Shown here: in pieces, positions 57,301-64,000 of the stretch
Layout: every line of letters begins with the position of its first letter
Position numbering within the stretch: position 1 is the stretch's first letter
Assembly (NCBI GenBank): GCA_043228905.1
Contig: JBHGNT010000002.1
Span: 8,618,001 to 8,682,000 of the forward strand
DNA: 64,000 nt
Source of the DNA: Azolla caroliniana
Lineage: Eukaryota > Plantae > Polypodiophyta
Direction of reading: 5' to 3'
Program-made: the position numbers and the translations under genes
The notes under the pieces: generated by a model
What the model saw: only the letters and a program-made list of their open reading frames with translations
The model's database searches: none
Told to the model about the DNA's origin: nothing

Positions 57301-60300
57301 GCACCGTGTAGGTGTGATCACTTACGGTGGGTTGGATTCCCCGTATCTGAACCAAACGATCATTCACAAAATTGTGTGAGCTTCTCGAATCAAATAAAAA
57401 TTGTACGGGAGATCCATTGATATACCCGTTTGCACGTAGTAAATCATTGGGACCCAATACATAGTGAGGGAAAGAACATTGACAATTACTTAAATGATGT
57501 GTATAGACCTGAAGGAAATTAGGAATCTGACCTTTATGGTCTGCAGCTTTAGCTTTGTTGTCGTGCTCTTTCCGTTGGAGCTTTCGACATTGATCTTTTG
57601 TATGACCCTTCTTTTTGCAGAATACACAAAAAGGATGTTGTCGCTTACAATCGCGATCCAGGAATTCGTTGGGTGTCTTGCGTTTCCCAACAAATTGCGT
57701 CTGCTTAGTCCCGGCGCTTCGTTGGGTTTGTTATGGTCCTTCTTCGAAGTGCGTTGATAGCGAAGAACTATTTCAACGGCCTCTTCGAAGGATTTTGGAT
57801 CCTTATCGTGCACTATCCAGTGATAGTCCAAATTGGGGATGCCATTGACAAAACAAGCTATCAACCAATTGTCCCCTTCTAGACCCGATTTTTGGATTTG
57901 GGTTCTAGCATGGTGAACATAGTCTTCTAGCGAGGAAAATTTCCTGCTAGAGAGGTTCATTAAAGCTTGTGCTGCCTCGGTTCGAGAGGGAGGTTGCAAA
58001 AATTGGCCCTTAAAAACCGTTACAAAATCTGTCCAGGTATCGGGCAATTTCCCCATAGTACGGAGGCCACGCCACCAGGCGGCGGCCTTACCCCCGAGTT
58101 CTCGGCCGACATATGCAATCTTCGTACTATCTGGCGTGGGATAGAGCTCAAAATGAGACTCCCATCGTCCCAGCCATGTGCAGATTGCTTCTTCGGTTCT
58201 TTCCTTTTTGTCTCCGGTAAATGGCTTAACGACAAATGATGGTTCACCTTGTCGCTCATCAGGTCTATTAGTCTCACGTTGTAGACTAATGACACATGCC
58301 TCAAGAGCACTATGAGATTGCCGAAGTTCGGTCATCTGTTGAGCGGTGAAACTAAGGTATTGGGTTATTTGTGCAAAATGCATCTCAGTGGACATTTGTC
58401 CAGGAGGATTCCCTTGAGTTCCTTCCGCTTGAGCGGATGACATCGGGTCATTAATTTGAGCCATTAAAGATTATTTCGAAGTTCTTTGTTGATCGTTGTC
58501 TGGATCAAGGCCAACCGCACAACGATCGATCAGCATCAATCAAAAGACAAATGAAAAACAAAGAAACATTAGTACAAAAATCTGATACCAAATATTATAG
58601 ATCTCGGTACTAAAGTAAGCTTAAGATAAGGATAAAGAAATGAAAGATAGAAAGGAGAAAGAGAAAGAAGGGTGCCGATCCACCCGACCACCCCCGAGCG
58701 AAGGGATCGAGACGGACTCGAGCCTCAATCGGCGTCCCATACCACCGTCGTGGCGTCGAGTCGTACCTGGTGCTGGCGCGCTCGCTACAAGAGTTGACCC
58801 ACCACACGAGCAGAGTCTCGATGTAGTAAAAAGATGATCAAATGAGGGTAGCTAGGCCTCTTATTTATAGCGATACCCAAGGCCCCCAGGCAAGTTCACA
58901 CTTGACCTAATGGGTTGTCTCAATCCCGAGGATTAAAAGTAATCCTCCCCTTCTTTACACTTGACCTAATGGGTTGTCTCAATCCCGCTTTTCACTCACG
59001 CAAGTTTGATGCCGCCGAAATCAACTACGAAATTCATGATAAGGAGCTATTGGCAATAGTGGATTCTTTTATGCAATGGAGGCATTTTCTAGAGGGATCC
59101 TCTCATCCGGTCACTGTATTTAGTGACCACAAGAACCTTGCCTACTTTCAGGATGCTCATGTGTTGAATCGACGTCAAGCTCGGTGGGCTCACTTCCTCA
59201 CGCGTTTCGACTTCAAAATTACATATCGTCCGGGGAAGCACCAAGGGAAGGCAGATGCATTATCACGGCGTTCGTATCTAGCACCCCGTCCCGGCGAGCC
59301 AGCTTTCGATAACCAAAAACAAGTCATCTTGGGACCGGCACGACTACAAGCAACACAGATCTTTGACATGCCCATGGATTCCGGCGTTATCGATACCATA
59401 CGCGAAGACTTGAAGACAGATGCGTTCGCCCAAGCTATACTAGCACAAATTGATCCCTCTCGAGCGTCGTGTTCACAGTCACAACCACCAGGTACGGACT
59501 ATCGGCAATTCAAATACCATGATGGATTACTCTTCTTTAAAGAACTTTTGTATGTTCCTAATGGTTCTTGCCGCCTTCAAGTAGTACAAAACTGTCATGA
59601 CACATATACAGCTAGGCATTTTGGTAGTACTAAAACATTACATTTAGTACAACGATCATTCTGGTGGCCCTGTATGCGACAATTTGTCGAGGATTTTGTT
59701 CGGACTTGTGATACATGCTGCAGAGCGAAAATGCCAAGGCATCATCCATATGGTTTATTAGAACCATTACCAATTCCAAGCAAGCCGTGGCAATCTATTG
59801 CTCTAGACTTTATCACAAATCTTCCAGTCTCTAAGGGGTTCAATGCGATTCTAACGGTGGTCGATCGATATACGAAGATGGCTCATTTCTTGCCATGTAC
59901 CAAGGAGATCTCCAGTGAAGACACTGCCGAAATTGTCATGCGTGAAGTATGTCGGCATCATGGACTTCCCGATAGTATCATCAGCGACCGTGGACCCCAG
60001 TTCGTGTCAAAATTCTGGAAGCACCTTTTTAACATGCTCAAGGTCACTTGTAACCTCTCCTCCGGCTACCACCCCCAAACCGATGGCCAAGACGAATGAA
60101 CCAATCAAACGCTGGAGCAATATCTGCGGTGCTTTCTCAGCTATCATCAGGATGACTGTGCCGATATCCTCCACTTCGCCAAATTTGCCTATAACAACTC
60201 TATCCACGCATCCACTAAAGTTACGCCATTTTATGCTTATACGGGATGTCACCCCCGGTGGTGTGTACTTGAAACCCTAGAGGTGTCCACAAATCCTTGC

Positions 60301-61346
60301 GCAGAAGATCGTTTGGAGAGGTTACGCAAGATACAAGCGGATGTATCTACTCACCTCCAACAAGCTCAACAAACACACAAGGTTTATGCGGATCGTCATC
60401 GACTCCCATCTAGTTTTAACATTGGAGATTAGGTATGGCTACTCCGACGACACATCAAGACCACTCGCCCATGCGAGAAGTTGGATTATCGGCGATTAGG
60501 TCCTTTCCATATTATAGGAAAGATTAATGATGTCGCTTTTCGTCTTGATCTACCTCCACAACTTCGGATACATCCGGTATTACACAGCCTCCACCCCCGA
60601 TCGAGCTTGAAGATGGACCTGAGTACGAGGTTGTCGCCATCCTTGATTCCAAGCTTGTTCGCAACAAGCTCTACTATCTAGTCGATTGGCTAGGATATAG
60701 TCCCAGCGAGCGTACTTGGGAACCGATAGAGAATGTCACCAATGCTCATGCTCTTCTTGAAGACTTCCATCGTCAATATCCAGACAAACCGGGTCCTCAA
60801 TCCAAAACGACTCGTTACACTCATCGTTTTCAATGGGGGATAGTGTCATGATATGGCAAGACTCGAACCCATGACCTTATGCTACATGGGTCGAGCTCTT
60901 GACCATTAGACTATACATTGTAATACGTAGAATATTATTTTCATTTATGTTTTATTATAGAAAATTGATGTATATTCCAGATTTCTCTGGAACATTCTAG
61001 AAACTTTAGGAGTATTCCTTAGAACACTATTAAAGGAGGCACAAGGCATTATTTCGAACGAAATCGGTTCAACGCCAATCTTAAGCCTCCTAGCTACTGT
61101 ACATTTTCTTCACATAATATATATCTTTTCTTATCATCACTCACTCTCTCTCTCGATCTCTCTCTCCCTCTCTCTCACTCACTCTTTCCTTCTCTCGAGA
61201 GTTCTTCACCTCTCTTAGTCCTAATACTTCTTTTAGTACTAATTCCTTCTCTGTCTTAGTACTGTTCCTGACAGTTCTTCACCTCTCTTAGTACTAATAC
61301 TTCTTTTAGTACTAATTCCTTCTCTGTCTTAGTACTGTTCCTAACA
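51370..61346 (+). mobile_element. Chromovirus (Tcn1-like) Gypsy element, self-priming type, RT deleted
   Basis: LTRs 51370-51872 and 60844-61346; TSD GCAAT/GCAGT; gag with PMEID and CLYCSGPRHIAINC; protease LLDSGAN; RNase H, integrase and chromodomain EYEVVAILDS...YLVDWLGY...TWEP (~60621-60790). Confidence 0.9.
53588..58987 (-). mobile_element. Chromovirus Gypsy element (tRNA-iMet primed) nested in the Tcn1-like element; 5' LTR truncated
   Basis: LTRs 53588-54042 and 58593-~58961; PBS TGGTATCAGA at 58581-58590; ORF fragments for gag, protease, RT (IFLDDIL), RNase H, integrase and chromodomain (PERILD...IKW...ATWE). Confidence 0.9.
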
Positions 61347-61888
61347 GCAGTCATGTTGGCGGCGAAAATCTTTCGTAGATTTTCCCACGCTTCCTTCAGC
61401 TTCTTGGCTTCTCGAATGTAACTGAGCATGTGGTCGTGAACACATGTCGCCAAACAATACATCACGCGGCTTGCGGCTTGCTCCCATGTCGTGTATCCGG
61501 GAGCCGCTTCGGCGGGTCGGTCTTCATGCGCTCCTTTGATGTAGCTCCAATAGCCTTGTCCGACAAGGTATTGGTGCATCTTGTACTCCCAAGATACGAA
61601 GTTGTTTTGATCAAAATTCTCGGTAGGGAGAGCGCTCCCCATTTGAGTATTCATTATGTCGATTCTTCTTCTTCTTCTTCTCTCTTCGAATGAGAGCTAT
61701 GTAGCGAAGCTACAATAGCAATGAGCTGGTTCTTGGTCGTCGGCGTGGAGCACAACACACGATCACGATGAGGCGAATGGGCTAGATCGAGCTACCAAAT
61801 CGCTCTGATACCATGTAAGGAATCAAGAGATGGATTCTTGTGAAGCGGAATAGGTGTGAAATCTGTGTGTGTGAGTGTGTGTGTGTAT

Positions 61889-61927
<39 letters not shown>

Positions 61928-63231
61928 AGAGTATACGCAAGGTTAAGTATATTTAACAAAGGAGAAAGACACAACACAATACAAGGTGGGAGGAGGGTGC
62001 TTTATATAGTCATTCTCTCTCTTCATTAACTACAAGACTGATGCAGCATGGGGAATGTGAAAGCTCATAAGTTATGTGTCATAGAATATGATTCTATGAC
62101 TCATACTAAATGCTAGAATACAAAGAGGTGACTCTTGACCGTTGGAGTGTCTATTCACTCTCAAGGTGAGTTCACACACTAGACCAAGTTGACCTTGATT
62201 CTCAATAGGGATGACAAGCTCCAGAGTGCATTATGGGCGTATTGCACCACATTCAAAACTAGCATTCAGTCTACACCCTTTCAGATGGCCTTTGGTTTGG
62301 AAGCAGTCATGCCGATCGAGTTCCAAGTTCCGAGTCTCCGAGTTGAGGTTAAGGAAAGGCTACCCGAGGCCCAATCAGAGCAATATTGGTTTGAACAACT
62401 CCTCGAACTCGGCAAACAACGAGTGGCCAGCATGGCTCACCTGGAACAATGCCAACGACAACGCAAAGCTTTCGTCGATCGACACTGGAAGGGTACGGAA
62501 AAAGCATTTACCATCGGCAAACCGGTGCTGGTCTTCCAAACACGACTCGGTGTTATGCCAAGGAAATTACGATTTCGATGGACAGGCCCCTTCTGGATAA
62601 TTGACGATTTTAACGGCACATTCCAACTCGGCAAACTTGCCGGAGACATCGTCAAGAGCTGGGTAAATGGCTTCCGACTTCGACCTTACCACGAGACGAC
62701 TCCAATTAATCCTTTCAGCGAGACCGATGGCAAGGACTAGTTCACGGATGACACCTCAAAGGAGGTCGCGTGGCCCCATCGGTAAAATAATGACCTACCC
62801 ACCAAATGTATATAGTAGGAATGGTTTTTAGCAGTTAAATTAGCGTTACCTAAAACTACCCAACTAGTCACGAGATTTTCTTAGGCGCATCAACTAGTTA
62901 CATTCACTTTAAAATAGAATATTTAAGGAGCATGCACACTAGACATAGCACTCCTGGGACGCGTGGCCATAATACCTTATTATGGCAGCCACGACAAAGA
63001 ATCTCAAGGATCTTCTCCCTGCACAAAACCCTAGGTAGTCACATAAAAGAAACTACCCCACACACAACGCACCCACTCACACAGACGCGTTCTTGCCTTC
63101 ACCGCCTGCAAGCTCCCAAGCTCGCTCTCGTTCTCATCGCCCCTACAAACCGTCCTCCTCTCACCCTTGTAGCCCTTGCACAGAACAACAATGTTCTTCC
63201 AACTCTCTGTCTCGCCCTCGTCTCATCGCTG

Positions 63232-64000
63232 CACCCCATGCCTCTTGTCAGCAAACCTTCGCATCCATCATGCCTCTCGCAGCATCATAGGAAAGCCATT
63301 CTTGGATACAACAACGAGGATTGGGTGGGTACTTACGGGTCATCGACGCCCCAACGCACCCTCACGCCCCAGCGATAGCACGCAGAATCCACCCTGACAC
63401 AGTATCCAACAACATGATTTGCGTGGGTCTAGACCTTGTGCGGGACGGAGACCACGAGGTCGAAATCCCTCCCCACTCGATCCTCAAGGAATATTTTGGG
63501 ATGTATTCGATGTCGGGTAAAGCTTACCGCACTTACGGAGGGCCAAACAAAGCTTTTGGGGAGATCGCTCGGATTTTGATGGAATACGCCATTGTGCATA
63601 CAAATCCCACGAGTATGCCATAGAACAAAGTTGCCATCATCATCCGAGCATATGAAGGAGACAAAATCGATTGGGGAATCATCACCGGCGAAGGAGTCCA
63701 TGCGGCGCTCGAATCTTTTCAAACCGGTAAGCGCTTGTTGCATGTGATTAATCACTTCCTCACAGTCCTCTACCCACCTCCTTCGGTTTCCCCTCATCGC
63801 ATCCTTACCTCCCCACCACCACCATGGAAACAACGAGAGAAGATTTTGGCGTTAACCCAGGAAGAATGGGAAGACCCCTCGCCTTCTCCACCTCCCTCGG
63901 CCGTTCGGAACCCTACTTCCGCCTCGGCACCACCCCTACCAAGAACACATAAACAACGGGCGTTAACAACGACCCGTGTCGAATGGGACGAAGCCGAGGA
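63232..64000 (+). pseudogene. Extra ORF downstream of Gypsy integrase (decayed)
   Basis: Frame continues through one stop: FGEIARILMEYAIVHTNPTSMP*NKVAIIIRAYEGDKIDWGIITGEG, then a Pro-rich tail. Confidence 0.55.

Larger units (their letters stand above)
46715..62207 (-). mobile_element. Ty1/Copia element (same family as 4091-7356), degenerate, gag split by a chromovirus
   Basis: LTRs 46715-47096 and 61814-62207; TSD GAGAT/GGGAT; PBS TGGTATCAGAGCG at 61801-61813; gag AANMTA|RKLQLRQ split at 51365/61351. Confidence 0.92.
41716..64000 (+). mobile_element. Degenerate Ty3/Gypsy element related to 1-4090, integrase split by a 15.5-kb nested stack; carries a downstream extra ORF
   Basis: Gag knuckles, IIDGGSDVN protease, RT and RNase H fragments; integrase NENRTDW|DDKLQSALWAY rejoins across 46714/62213; many stops. 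Confidence 0.88.

Overview
Eukaryotic land-plant DNA, most likely a fern or other seed-free plant (inferred from the PLS-class PPR gene and the retrotransposon clades). One host gene (an intronless PPR, 9800-12037) sits among two deeply nested transposon stacks. The most notable element is a DNA transposon at 17478-37905 with 33-bp TIRs, a 4-bp AAAT target-site duplication and an intact 890-aa Sola1-like transposase. Divergently from the transposase it carries a spliced ~951-codon cargo gene that fuses a ParB/Srx-like domain to a prokaryote-type beta-class N6A/N4C DNA methyltransferase. That gene is hidden because a Gypsy element (itself carrying a young intact Copia) splits it, and this copy has three nonsense transitions. 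Other notable signals are a -1 frameshift pseudoknot between protease and RT, a self-priming (tRNA-independent) chromovirus, a tRNA-Trp-like segment inside an LTR, and a templated-insertion repair scar. All calls were made by eye from motifs and junctions; no database searches were run.
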